Shown here one piece after another: positions 11,740-24,201 of a stretch of 64,000 nucleotides of DNA (position 1 is its first letter; the number at the start of each line of letters is the position of its first letter). The stretch lies in NCBI RefSeq assembly GCF_006345805.1, contig NC_043014.1, positions 11,656,001 to 11,720,000 on the forward strand, in the 5' to 3' direction. The position numbers were made by a program, and so were the translations under genes. The stretch is from Octopus sinensis. Lineage: Eukaryota. The notes under the pieces are model-generated. The model saw nothing but the letters and a program-made list of their open reading frames with translations, ran no database searches and was not told where the DNA came from.

Positions 11740-12150
11740 GTGTGTGTGTTGCGTGAACGCATCGCGTACGTGTGTGTCTGTGTCTATGAAGCATGTATGT
11801 GTTGGTGTGTGTGTGTGTGTGTGTGTGGTGTGTATGTGTATGCGTGTGTGTGTGTGTGTTGCGTGAACGCATCGCGTACGTGTGTGTCTGTGTCTATGAA
11901 GCATGTATATGTTGTGTTTGTGTGTGTGTGTGTGTTGTATGTGTATGCGTGTGTGTGTGTGTGTTGCATGAACGCATCGCGTACGTGTGTGTCTGTGTGT
12001 ATGAAGCATGTATATGTTGTGTGTAAGTGTGTGTGTTTGTGTGTATGTGTATGCGTGTGTGTGTGTGTATGTGTGTGTGTGTGTGTGTGTGTTGCGTGAA
12101 CGCATCGCGTACATGTGTGTCTGAGTCTATGAACCATGCATGTGTTGTGT
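11740..12150. repeat. minisatellite, four units of about 105-130 bp embedded in (TG)n
   Basis: GTTGCGTGAACGCATCGCGTACGTGTGTGTCTGTGTCTATGAA recurs near 11748, 11858, 11963 and 12091. Confidence 0.9.
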
Positions 12151-12916
12151 GTGTGTGTGTGTTTGTATAAAGCATGAGTGTCTACGGATTGTGTACAAAT
12201 ATGTGTACTCTATGTGTATGAAGCGTGTGTATGTGTTCGCATCATGTGCACGATTGTGTGTGTGTTTGCATGTGTGTACGCATCGTGTGTGTGCTTTGCG
12301 TTTGTATGAAAAACATGTGTGCGTGTACAAATACACACGAACACACTCCAATTATTCCATCTTCCTAAAAAAAACAAAAAAACCCGACCCCTTCTATTTT
12401 CACGCCCCACATCCAAACCTACCTCCCATAACACGACCCACTGTTGTTACCCCATCCCGACCCACTCCTTCACAAACCTGAACTCTTCTCCCTCTGCAGG
12501 AGACCTTCTTTCATGACTTTGATGTCTTCCAGCAACGGGTTTCAAATCCGTGCCGATGTCGAACGATTGCTGTATTGGCCCCCAAACTGTGCGCTAATTT
12601 CCATGACTCTCCAGCAGCGTCAAGCACCTCGGCTTCACGGCCCTTCTTCGCCAACCATCGCAATGGACGCCTGGCCCTCTTCGTTCGCTTACAGTGTCAG
12701 ACTTGTTTGCAGAATAAATTTATGCAGCTTCTCGGTGAACTCTTTACTTCGAGTTTATTGATGAAGTATGGGAACAATAACACATTATACATGTGCCTGT
12801 ATATAGCAGGCCAATGTATCTTCCTGCTACTTTCTGCGCCAAAGGTGTCCATGTATGTATATGTGAATTTGATGTGGTGTGTGATGATTTCTCTGTTAGC
12901 TGTATTTGCATCAATA

Positions 12917-13300
12917 TAACTCTTTACTCTTTTACATGTTTCAGTCATTTGACTGCGGCCATGCTGGAGCACCACCTTTAGTCGAGCAAATCGACCCCAG
13001 AACTTATTATTTGTAAGCCTAGTATCGGTCCCTCTTGCCGAACCGCTAAGTTACGGGGACGTAAACACACCGGCATCGGTTTTCAAGCGATGTTGGAGGG
13101 GACAAACACAGACGCACAAACACACACACACATATATATATATATACGACAGGCTTCTTTCAGTTTCCGTCTACCAAATCCACTCACAAGGCTTTGGTCG
13201 GCCCGAGGCTATAGTAGAAGACACTTGCCCAAGGAGCCACGCAGTGGGACTGAACTTGGAACCATGTGGTTGGTAAGCAAGCTACTTACCTCACAGCCAC
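12917..13300 (-). mobile_element. SINE family A
   Basis: reverse-complement copy. Confidence 0.88.
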
Positions 13301-13371
13301 TTGGAGGATGTACTCAACTTCTGAACATCACACAGACTGGATTGAACTCTCCACGCACTCCGCTGATTCCG

Positions 13372-13730
13372 ATGGCAGAGACGTTATCACGCCGGGCGAA
13401 ATGCATAGCGGTATTTCGTCTGCCGCTTTTCATCCTTTCGGGGTCGATAAATTAAGTACCAGTTTACACACTGGGGTCGATATAATCGACTTAATCCGTT
13501 TGTCTGTCCTTGTTTGTCCTCTCTGTGTTTAGACCCTTGTAGGTAGTAAAGAAATGGGTATTTCGCCCGTCTTTACGTTCTGAGTTCGAATTCCGCCGAG
13601 GTCAACTTTGCCTTTCACCCTTTCGGGGTCGATAGATTAAGTACTAGTTGCGTACTGGAGTCGATCTAATCGACTGGCCCCTTCCCCGCAAAATTTCGCG
13701 CCTTGTGCCTAGAGTAGAAAGGAATATTTA
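13372..13730 (+). mobile_element. SINE family B heterodimer (tail type 1 unit then tail type 2 unit)
   Basis: first unit ends GTAGTAAAGAAATGGGTATTTCG; second unit ends GATCTAATCGACTGGCCCC..CCTAGAGTAGAAAGG. Confidence 0.85.
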
Positions 13731-13847
13731 CCTACCAACTTTCGGGAATGTGTTTAACATGTAAAATTGGTATAGCCAATAGTGTTACACCGTTATGTTT
13801 TAATGTCTATTTAAGACCTGAGTTCGTGGGTGATTAATGGGTCGAAT

Positions 13848-13894
13848 GGGTGCTGTCGAAGGAGCAAACACTCCTGAAATATATTTTATACGCC
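13848..13894 (+). ncRNA. degenerate hammerhead motif
   Basis: CTGTCGA AGGAG CAAACA CTCCT GAAA TATA TT; perfect 5-bp stem II, core A6 mutated, stem I weak. Confidence 0.45.
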
Positions 13895-14039
13895 TATTAC
13901 TCATTTTCTCATCATCGATCTCATTGTTATTACAAATTAGTGCTAGCTATAATTTCTATAGAAAATCTGTAGAGATGACTAGTCATTAAATTGGTCGACA
14001 TGAACGGTGCCGTTTATGTTCCGTTCTAGTTTCTTATAC

Positions 14040-14620
14040 GACGAGTATTCCCACCATTTTTGACCAAGCTTCATTCACCCGCACTCATAAAGTCGACTGC
14101 ACCATCGTCCTCTCTCACACATGTTCAGTTCACAACCAACCGCCCTACCTCCCTCCATTTATCATCCCTTCGTCTCACCTGTCTTACGTTTCATCCTACC
14201 ACACTTCCGGTTTATCAAATGCAACAAGTTACGTCACACTTTCCATTCAATCTTCTTTTCCCCTCTTTTAAGAACTCGCAAAATCAACGAAACTTATTAG
14301 TCTGTAGACCGTCTAAACACTTCACACAAATCAAACCAAATCTCCCCCACCCCAGCTCATGTCTTCGCTGCCAAACATACATCAACACCATTACCCTTCC
14401 CGGTCCTCATAATCGCTACTTCCTTACATCAAACAGTCCTCTTACTGCACCTCCAAGAACCTCATACACTGCCTAAAGTTACTATTATGCGGATCGGCTT
14501 ACATTGGATAAACTAAGCGAAGTTTAACCAACAAATTCACGAAGTACCCAAGAGACATCTAGATCGACGAGGGATCACCTGTCGCTCGTCATTTACTCTC
14601 GGCGGATCATACCACCCAGC
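14040..14620 (+). mobile_element. Penelope-like element relic (RT C-terminal linker and GIY-YIG endonuclease)
   Basis: LTCLTFHPTTLP; IKQSSYCTSKNLIHCLKLLLCGSAYIG*TKRSLTNKFTKYPRDI*IDEGSPVARH matches the PLE GIY-YIG consensus pattern. Confidence 0.85.
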
Positions 14621-14804
14621 AACCCTCTCTCTCTCTTTTTTCTTTTTGTTTTACCTTACCTTACACGTTGGGTCTCCAAGCTTCCGCCAAAATAAACAGG
14701 ATTTTTATATTCCTTTTGGGAACCTCAGCCGCTTTTTCAAATATACATAGGCTCATTTAAGAAAACATACACTTACATTAATGCATTACAATTTAACAGT
14801 TATA

Positions 14805-14850
<46 letters not shown>

Positions 14851-14994
14851 ATAATATATATATATATATAATATGCTATTGACGTACAAATACACGTCTG
14901 CTGTTTTCAGTTACACACACTATAATATAAACACCACTCACTTCAACAAAGACAACAAGCACACACAGATGCACGCTTACACACGCACACACAT

Positions 14995-15035
<41 letters not shown>

Positions 15036-15410
15036 AAACGAAACGTTTGACATTTGGGATTTATTTGCTCTTCGTTGACGAAAGAAACAGAAAAAGAAGA
15101 GAGAAATAGGGAGAGAAAGAGAGAGAGAGAAGGGGGAGAAAGAGAAAGAGGAAGAGCTTGAGAGGAAGAGTGAGGGAGAGTTAGGTAAAAAGAGAAGTAG
15201 AGCGAGAAAAAGATATAGAAAAGGAAAATACGGACTAGGCAATCCCCGAGCGTTTCCGAGAAAGTTCTGCATTTCTTGAGGGACACACACACACAAATCT
15301 GTTTTTTTTTTCATCCTTTATTTGTTTCGGTCACTGGACTGTGGCTATGCTGGGGCACTGCCTTGAAGGGTTTAGTCAAACAAATCAACCTCAGTTCTTG
15401 CATTTTCTTC

Positions 15411-15447
<37 letters not shown>

Positions 15448-15544
15448 TTGAGACTAGTATTTATTCTATTTGAATCTTTTTCAAATGGTGGAGGTGGACA
15501 AACACAAACGCACACTCCTTTATATACACATACACCTCCCTACA

Positions 15545-15712
15545 GCAAGAGTGGCTGTGGGGTAAGTAGCTTGCTTACCAACCACATGGTTCCGGGTTCA
15601 TTCCCATTGTGTGGCACCTTGGGCAAGTGTCTTCTACTATAGCCTCGGGCCGATCAAAGCCCTGTGAGTGGATTTGATAGACAGAAACTGAAAGAAGCAC
15701 GTCGTATATATA
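15545..15712 (+). mobile_element. SINE family A 5' half
   Basis: head and CORE-like centre ending in (TA)n. Confidence 0.85.
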
Positions 15713-15895
15713 TATATATATATATATATGTAAAAGTAAGAAAATATACAAACTGGGACAAGAACGTGAAACATTTAGAAGACGACACAAAAAACACGGA
15801 CGGGACATTCGAAGCCTTCAATCTTCAGTCAAGAACCGGATCATCTTCGCAATTTCGGCTGATTAATGCATATATACATACATATATGTACATAC

Positions 15896-15953
<58 letters not shown>

Positions 15954-15954
15954 C

Positions 15955-16250
15955 ATATATGGGAACAGGACGTCACAAAACGGAAACAAGATGAAAGACG
16001 GAAACAACATGAAATACAAGGCAAATTTGTGTATGCAAATGACGAGAGAAACAAATGGAAAGCAAGACAAGTAACATAAAGAACGACCCTTCATCAGTTG
16101 TCGGCTGTTCATCTACTCCACATTTCGAGCAGTTGACGACTATATGAGGCTTCGGAACCAAAATAACATTTGGGATTTGCGGAGGGTCAAAGTTGGTAAC
16201 AAAAACAGGGCAGTGGAGACGTACAACAAACCAAACGAAAACAAACATGG
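15955..16250. repeat. dispersed repeat, homologous to 33420-33580
   Basis: shared CAGGACGTCAC..GAGAGAAACAAATGGAAA..AAAGAACGACCCTTCATCAGTTGTCGGCT..CATTTCGAGCA. Confidence 0.75.
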
Positions 16251-16264
16251 AGGGCCGTTAGGCC

Positions 16265-16828
16265 GTGTCTGTGTTTGTCCCCCTACCATCGCTTGACAGC
16301 CGTTGCTGGTGTGTTTACGTCCCCGTAACTTAGCAGTTCACCTAAAGAAGCCGATTGAATAAGCCTAGTGGCTTACGAAGAATAAGTCCAGGGGTCGATT
16401 TGCTCGACTAAAGGCGGTGCTCCAGCATAGCCAAAGTCAAAATGACTGAAGCCTGTGTTGTAAGTAGCTTGCTTACGAACCACATGGGTTCAGTCCCACT
16501 GCGTGGCACCTTGGGCAAATGTCTTCTACTATAGCCTCGGGCCGACCAAAGCCTTGTGAGTGGATTTGGTAGACGGAAACTGAAAGAAGCCCGTCGTATA
16601 TATGTATATATATATATATATGTGTGTGTCCCCCTAGCATTGCTTGACAACCGATGCTGGTGTGTTTATGTCCCCGTTACTTAGCGGTTCGGCAAAAGAG
16701 ACCGATAGAATAAGTACTGGGCTTACAAAAGAATAAGTCCCGGGGTCGAGTTGCTCGATTAAAGGCGGTGCTCCAGCATGGCCGCAGTCAAATGACTGAA
16801 ACAAGTAAAAGAGTAAAGAGTAAAGAGT
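16265..16828 (+). mobile_element. SINE family A 3' half followed by a near-full copy
   Basis: two tails (about 16400-16450 and 16760-16828). Confidence 0.85.
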
Positions 16829-16832
16829 ATAT

Positions 16833-16880
<48 letters not shown>

Positions 16881-17633
16881 GTAGGTCCCGGGTTGATTCG
16901 GGGTTAACCACAGTAAATAAGGTACTCAAGATTTCTCTTGAATGAAACAGTTCTAGTCCTGTAGAAGCTCCTTCTAATAATAAAAAAATATATATATATA
17001 TATATATATTATATATACGACGGGTTTCAACACAGTTCCCGTCTGCCAAATCCACTCACAAGGCATTCATGGGCATGGTGGGGGTAAGGTTATAGTAGCA
17101 AAAGGTGCCGCGTAGTGAGTCTGAATCTGAAATTATTTGGTTACAAAGCGAATTTTTTAATCGCACAGCCATGCCTGCGCCGATAAAATTAAAGAATGCT
17201 TTCTTGAAAGTTTGCTGATACGAAAGAATCAATTTGATTGTGCATGCGGCAGGCCCTGTTTTACCACTCTACGATATACAAGTGACATCTGTTCGTTCAG
17301 ATATTTGGCATTTAGTAATCCAATCCTAATCTTTCTTAGCATGAAGTGGAGGAACCCTAGCTGTAAGAACTGGCAATAATATGAGGGTAGGGAAGGGAAG
17401 GGGGACAGAAAATGGGAGTAAGAGAAATTAAAAAGATTAGAATAACGGAAGAAAAGAGTGAGAGAGAGTGGGGGGTGGGGTGAGAAAATTAAAAACACCA
17501 AGTGGGAAAGAGAGAACGAGGTGTTGGTAGTGTTTGGTAGCAGAGATAAGGAGCAATAAATGACAACGAAAGGATGATAAAAGAACTTGAATGTAAGGGG
17601 ACAAAGGGAGAGAAAGAGAGAGAGAGAGCGAGT

Positions 17634-17666
<33 letters not shown>

Positions 17667-19239
17667 AGAGAGAGCGAGTGAGAGAGAGAGAGAGAAATTG
17701 GAGCAGGGTAAGGGTGTGTGAAACAGTGATTCAGTACTGTGGTGGTAGCAGAGTGGTAGGCGATAGCAGTACATACAAAAGAAAGTAGGAGGAGAAAAAC
17801 GGACTCCCCTACCACGACTACCACTACTTGCTCACATACATTCTGAAATATATAATAGATTCTAATGGTGTGAGATGTATTGAAGTTAATCTTTCCCCTG
17901 AATATTTCATTTGCATATAGTATGAAGTCCCAGAAGATAAAACTATTTCAGGCTCTCTTAATTCAAATTAGTCATAGAGACCACTTTATTTTGTTTGTGA
18001 TTCACGGCTCTCATTTTGATGTGAATTTTGCTAACGAAGTTGCACTACAATTGCAGGTTTAGATCACGTTGCTTTTTGAAACAAACTTACAGAAAGAAAA
18101 TACAAATAACAAAATTCAAGTGTCTGATTTGAAAATATAACGATCTGAAGTCTAGCAAGTATGTCTACAGAAAGAAACGCTTTTTTTTATTGTTTTCCTT
18201 CGATTAATCACCAGAATCCAGTCGATTATTGAATAAATGAAAGTAAAACTGCAACGTTTTTACTAATTCAAACAGTTTTCGTAGACAGCTTTAGAATGAG
18301 TCACACCGACTGTGTTCCTGCTGCATTCTGTATCTGATAACAATAACTGTCTTTGAAATTATTTCTTTTACAAGAATAAAAATAATAAAAAAAATACAAA
18401 GAATATAAATAAAAGTAATCAAGTGTATGACTGCCATCTTTGTCTCCACAGCAATGTTCTGTTCTATTATTGTCGACGTGAATTCTGTAAGTCAAGTTAT
18501 TTCAAAGATGAGACGAAAAGTATTGAATTATATTCACTTTACATGTATCACGATTATGTTCAAACTACTATAATTACCCGTATACATTTGTCCTAAACTA
18601 AAGAACGAAGCAGGTAACTTTCCAAGCTAATATATGCTTGGCAGGAAGTAATTATAGAGTCTCTAAATTATTGTCGCATGCAACAGTGAGAATGTTGGAT
18701 ATGTGTCGGCTGCTGCCTCTCAGTTATTGTCGTATGCAAGCGTGAATGTATTGAAACGTGTATCGGCTGCTGTTGCGTATTAATTTCGTTATTTCTTTTC
18801 AATCTCTCGGTGTTAATAAGAAAAATAATAAATCTCGGGCTTACAGATGCCTTTAGAAACAATATATTTTCTCAGATAGAACACTAATTAATGATTAAAC
18901 TCACTGGATTTTGGACAGTTCGGGAATCTTTTCTGTTTAGCTGCCACTTCACATTTTCTTCAATTTTTGTTTCAATTGATTTCATATCTGGTGTATTCAA
19001 GCAGTTTTGTATGGTAATCATTCACATGAAATTCATTTTCGCCATAAGTCAACAAATAAAGAGTTAATAGCTTTTAAAGCTTGTAAATTTCGGATAATTC
19101 TTTCTAATCGAAAGCCACAGACATAGTAACAAATCTGCTTCCATAGTAACAAGCTAAGCTGTTACCAAGCTGTTTACTTACGCGGTCATTTTTTGCTTAT
19201 TAAATGATTAAAATACAAGCGGTATGAGGTGGTCATGAG

Positions 19240-19900
19240 ATGTATCTCTTCACGTTTTAGATTGCAAGCCCACTAACTTCTCCTGGTTTCCTTTTGCTGG
19301 TATCAAAGCCTCGTATTTCTTTAGAAACCACCTCGATTTCAGTAGTCTATGAAACCATTAAGGTGACATCGTCCGCATTGGCAGATACGGATCTTGCGCA
19401 TGCAAGTTTGAACGAGAAGTTCCCCATCCCCGCTATCCGGTTTTAGTCCGAACTAGAGGCTCGAGAGTCAGTACATACAGAAGGGATGAAAGAGAACACC
19501 CTCGATAGAGCGATCGTGCGATCTACAACGGTTCTGACCGGTGGTCATTTACCCTGACCACCAGGTAAACATCGCTGTTTATTGAAACAACCCACTCCTT
19601 GAAGACGAAACCGAAACCGGCTGCTTGGAGAACAGTTACAAAGCAAAGAGAGTCGACATTTTCGACAGCTTTTAAAAGATCCAAGTTGATTGGATCCCAA
19701 CCAAAACCAGGTTTACTTCCCCACTCCCCTACGATGCATCGCATAAAGTGGAAGTTGTCGAGGATAGATCTGGTATTGTTCACATCCGACTGCTCTTCAA
19801 CAAGTGCCAAACTTTTTGTTAAAACCTTGGTTAAAATCTTGAACTTAAAATGCAGGGTTATGGGCCAGAAACTATCGATTACATTTTCCATGTACGCCCT
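19240..19900 (-). mobile_element. Tx1/L1-like LINE reverse transcriptase relic
   Basis: FWPITLHFKFKILTKVL..RSILDNFH..NLDLLKAVENVD..GFGFVFKEWV..VRVN and degenerate (Y to N)ADDVTLMV catalytic motif near 19355-19385. Confidence 0.87.
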
Positions 19901-19989
19901 CTTCCTCGCTTACTAAACTGAGTATACTTCTGTTCTGGTGCTAATTACAGTAAAACTCTGCCAAGACGTTGGCATTCAGGTCTTACAAT

Positions 19990-20360
19990 ATACTCTTTTA
20001 CTTGTTCAGTCATTTGACTGGAGCATCGCCTTTAGTCGAGCAAAACGACCCCAGGACCTATTCTTTGTAAGCCTAGTACTTATTCAATCGGTCTGTTTTG
20101 CCGAACCGCTAAGTTACGGGGACGTAAACACACCAGCATCGGTTGTCAAGCGATGTTGGGGGGACAAACACAGATACACAAACATATACACACGCATATA
20201 TATACATATATATACATATATTCAACGGACTTCTTTCACTCACAAGGCTTTGGTATGCCCGAGATATAGTAGAAGACGCCCAAGGTGCCACGCAATGGAA
20301 CTGAACTCGGAACGATGTGGTTGGTAAGCAAGCTACTTACCACACAGCCACTCCTACGCC
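19990..20360 (-). mobile_element. SINE family A
   Basis: reverse-complement copy with small deletions. Confidence 0.85.
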
Positions 20361-21221
20361 TATGTAAGTCTCATGGAGTAGGCCCATCCAAAACAGCCGA
20401 TCTATGCCATGCACAACCACTTGTCGTATACTGCATTTCAGCTGCGGCTATCGACATTTTACAACACTCCTTATCTTCCGACAGGGGTTGCGACAAGCTG
20501 TTGAAATGGATCAATAAAGTATGCTATTATGTCCGTCCTGCCGCTCACTCCGAACTGTTGAGCATAATGTCGCTAAAAAAACCACGGACTTGTGATTAAA
20601 ATTGTAAAGTACACGCCTATCCTGCTCTGTCAAATAGCGAACTGTGGCTATATGCCGAGTTGCGCCTCTTCTACCCCAATCCATGTTGGGCTGACAAAAG
20701 AGAGCTGGAAAGGTTATTTATCTTGACTTTGTAGAAGGCTTCAGTTCTGTTTTCTCAGCAGTTGAGCGAAGTCCCACGACAACCCTGTCTAAAAGTTTTT
20801 TGTCCACCCTCTTACAAAAACTTCCAACAACACATAGGAATTTAATCTCTTGGCTTCCGTAAGACTCTTCCAATTAGTCTGTTAAATTTTGGGATCTTGG
20901 TGGTAGGTCGAATTTGAGATTGTTGAAAATACTCAATTTTGTTTGCATATTGTTTTCAGAAAATCTTTGATTCATGTAATCCAACAATGAATTTGGTTGC
21001 TAAAGTTTTGAATGAATTTGTTCCTGTTTCCTGTTTTTTGGTATGGTGGTGGTATGGTTGTTCCGGAATTGGTATCATATTTACACGAAATATGGAATAA
21101 TGACTATCGTCTTTTTTTAGTATGATCATAATTAAACTATGTGTACACCCTTAGTAATATTTATATAGTTTTTTGCATCTGGCTAAAAAAAAACCCCACA
21201 ACCTACCACAACCTACCACAG

Positions 21222-21268
<47 letters not shown>

Positions 21269-22067
21269 TCACACACTCACACACACATACAGGCACGTAT
21301 GTACACATATACACACATGGATGTATAATACATCAACAAAGTTAGGAAAATATGCCAGGTTTATTTCTATAACATTCACTCTTTTTTTTGAGCATATCTG
21401 TAATTCTAGTACTTTCGGAAATGTCTGTAACATGCATCTGCTGTTATTAATTTTCAAGTCGGTAAAAAAAAAAAAAATGGAAACAAAAACTCATGCAGTT
21501 ATGTATGTTTTTCTTTGCGGTCTCGTTACTAATGTTGTTAGTCATAGATAAATTGCTTTACTGACCAGCAGAAGACATGAATAAAATCCTTTTCGCTGCT
21601 ATCAAGCACTTTGTTTTATTATTGTAATCTAATTTGCAATTCTCAACTAACCTAATTTATCCTTCCTTTACCCTTCGTCTGAGAGAGAGAGAGAGAAAGA
21701 AAGGTGAGGGGTAATGTTGTCGGACTTTCACTCTTGTTTTGAGATACCCCTGTTCACAGGAAAAGCTAAATCTGGCACCGCATACCTTATAAGAAAAGAT
21801 GTTTGCTTAACTTTTAAGTAGAAAGCGACAACTGTGATGAATGTCGGGTATCTGAATGTAAACCGCCAAAGTAGATCAGTACGAACCTCAGTCGCCACTC
21901 GGGAATGTCGTTCTGGGCAAAACTACATCATTATGACTGCACGGTTTTTGATTTTTTCAGACGTTCTGACACATAACGACATTACAAGAATTCCTAATCG
22001 CTATTCTTAAGGTTTTGATGTTAGCTTTGATTTCTCAAACATCGTGTTTGTAAATGAATTTCATTAT

Positions 22068-22172
22068 AGGTGCAAGCATGGCCGTGTTTGGCCGTGTTGT
22101 TAAGAAGCTCGCTTTTGCAGCCACGTGATTTCAGGTTCAGTCCTACTGCATGGCTTCTTGGGCAAGTGATTT
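22068..22172 (+). mobile_element. SINE family A-like 5' part, interrupted by the array; resumes at 24202
   Basis: head ending in TTGGGCAAGTGATTT, which is duplicated at 24202-24216. Confidence 0.8.
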
Positions 22173-24201
22173 CTTATTCCTTTTTTGCCCACAAGGGGCT
22201 AAACATAGAGGAGACAAACAAGGACAGACAATGGGATTAAGTCGATTACATCGACCCCAGTGCGTAACTGGTACTTAATTGATCGACCCCGAAAGGGTGA
22301 AAGGGGCAAAGTTGACGTCGGCGGAATTTGAACTCAGAACGTAACGGCAGACAAAATACCGCTAAGCATTTCGCCCAGCGTGCTAACGTTTCTTATTTCT
22401 TTATTGCCCACAAGGGGCTAAACATAGAGGGGACAAACAAGGACAGACAAAGGGATCAAGTCAATTACATCGACCCCAGTACGTAACTGATACTTAATTC
22501 ATCGACCCCGAAAGAATGAAAGGGGTAAAGTTGACGTCGGCGGAATTTGAACTCAGAACGTAACGGCAGACAAAATACCTATTTCTTTACTACCTACAAG
22601 GGACTAAACACAGAGAGGACAAACAAGGACAGACACACGGATTAAGCCGATTACATCGGCCCCAGTGCGTAACTGGTACTTAATTTATCGACCCCGAAAG
22701 GATGAAAAGGGTAAAGTTGACGTCAGCGGAATTTGAACTCAGAACGTAACGGCAGACGAAATACCTATTTCTTTACTACCTACAAGGGGCTAAACATAGA
22801 GAGGACAAAAAAAGACAGACAAAGGGATTAAGTCGATTACATCGACCCCCCAGTGCGTAACTGGTACTTAATTGATCGACCCCAAAAGGGTGAAAGGGGC
22901 AAAGTTGACGTCGGCGGAATTTGAACTCAGAACGTAACGGCAGACAAAATACCGCTAAGCATTTCGCCCGGCGTGCTAACGTTTCTTATTTCTTTATTGC
23001 TCACAAGGGGCTAAGCATAGAGGGGACAAACAAGGAAAGACAAAGGGATTAAGTCGATTACATCGACCCCCCAGTGCGTAACTGGTACTTAATTGATCGA
23101 CCCCAAAAGGGTGAAAGGGGCAAAGTTGACGTCGGCGGAATTTGAACTCAGAACGTAACGGCAGACAAAATACCGCTAAGCATTTCGCCCGATGTGCTAA
23201 GTTTTCTTATTTCTTTATTGCCCACAATGGGCTAAACATAGAGGGGACAAACAAGAACAAAGGGATTAAGCCGATTACATCGATCCCAGTGCGTAACTGG
23301 TACTTAATTTCATCGACCCCGAAAGGATGAAAAGGGTAAAGTTGACGTCGGCGGAATTTGAACTCAGAACGTAACGGCAGACGAAATACCTATTTCTTTA
23401 CTACCTACAAGGGACTAAACACAGAGAGGACAAACAAGGACAGACAAAGGGATTAAGCCGATTACATCGACCCCAGTGCGTAACTGGTACTTAATTTCAT
23501 CGACCCCGAAAGGATGAAAAGGGTAAAGTTGACGTCGGCGGAATTTGAACTCAGAACGTAACGGCAGACGAAATACCTATTTCTTTATTACCCACAAGGG
23601 GCTAAACACAGAGAGGACAAACAAAGGGATTAAGCCGATTACATCGATCCCAGTGCGTAACTGGTACTTAATTTATCGACCCCGAAAGGTTGAAAGGGGT
23701 AAAGTTGACGTCGGCGGAATTTGAACTCAGAACGTAACGGCAGATGAAATACCGCTAAGCATTTCGCCCGGCGTGCTAACGTTTCTTATTTCTTTATTGC
23801 TCACAAGGGGCTAAGCATAGAGGGGACAAACAAGGACAAGGGGATTAAGTCAATTACATCGACTCCAGAGTGTAACTGGTACTTTATTTATCGACCCCGA
23901 GAGGACGAAAGGCAAAGTCAACCTCGGCCGAATTTGAACTCAGAACATAAAGAAAGACGAAATACCTATTTCTTTACTACCCACAAGGAGCTAAACACAG
24001 AGAGGACAAACAAGGACGGAAAGACAAAGGGATTAAGTCGATTACATCGACCCCAGTGCGTAACTGGTACTTAATTTATCGACCCTGAAAAGATGAAAGG
24101 CAAAGTCGACCTCGGCGGAATTCGAACTCACAACGTAACGCAGACGAAATACCGCTAAGCATTTCGCCCGGCGTGCTAACGATTCTGCCAGCTCGCCACC
24201 T
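22173..24201 (-). mobile_element. tandem array of 10 SINE family B units
   Basis: ten B-box copies (GAATTTGAACTCAGAAC on plus); intact head only at 24160-24200; 15-bp TSD. Confidence 0.95.

Noticed and set aside
12530-12660. Minus-frame LAKKGREAEVLDAAGESWKLAHSLGANTAI resembling a dehydrogenase or transporter segment
   Set aside because: Short, bounded by stops, lacks the Gly-rich or PESPRW motif and has no splice support.
10845-13730. Repeated head-to-head SINE-A(-)/SINE-B(+) arrangement as a composite unit
   Set aside because: The spacers are unrelated and there is no shared TSD; expected by chance at this SINE density.
16085-16130. CTGATGA with upstream GAAA as a type II hammerhead (also 33525-33570)
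   Set aside because: No consistent stem III or cleavage triplet in either copy.
17210-17365. Candidate exon on either strand
   Set aside because: Splice signals exist on both strands, but no frame gives a recognisable product.
20380-21000. Possible decayed hAT-like transposase on the minus strand
   Set aside because: Only vague similarity (LLDYMNQRF) with many stops; cannot be supported without a search.
22173-24201. CRISPR-like array
   Set aside because: The units are whole homologous SINE bodies without unique spacers, in eukaryotic context with no cas genes.
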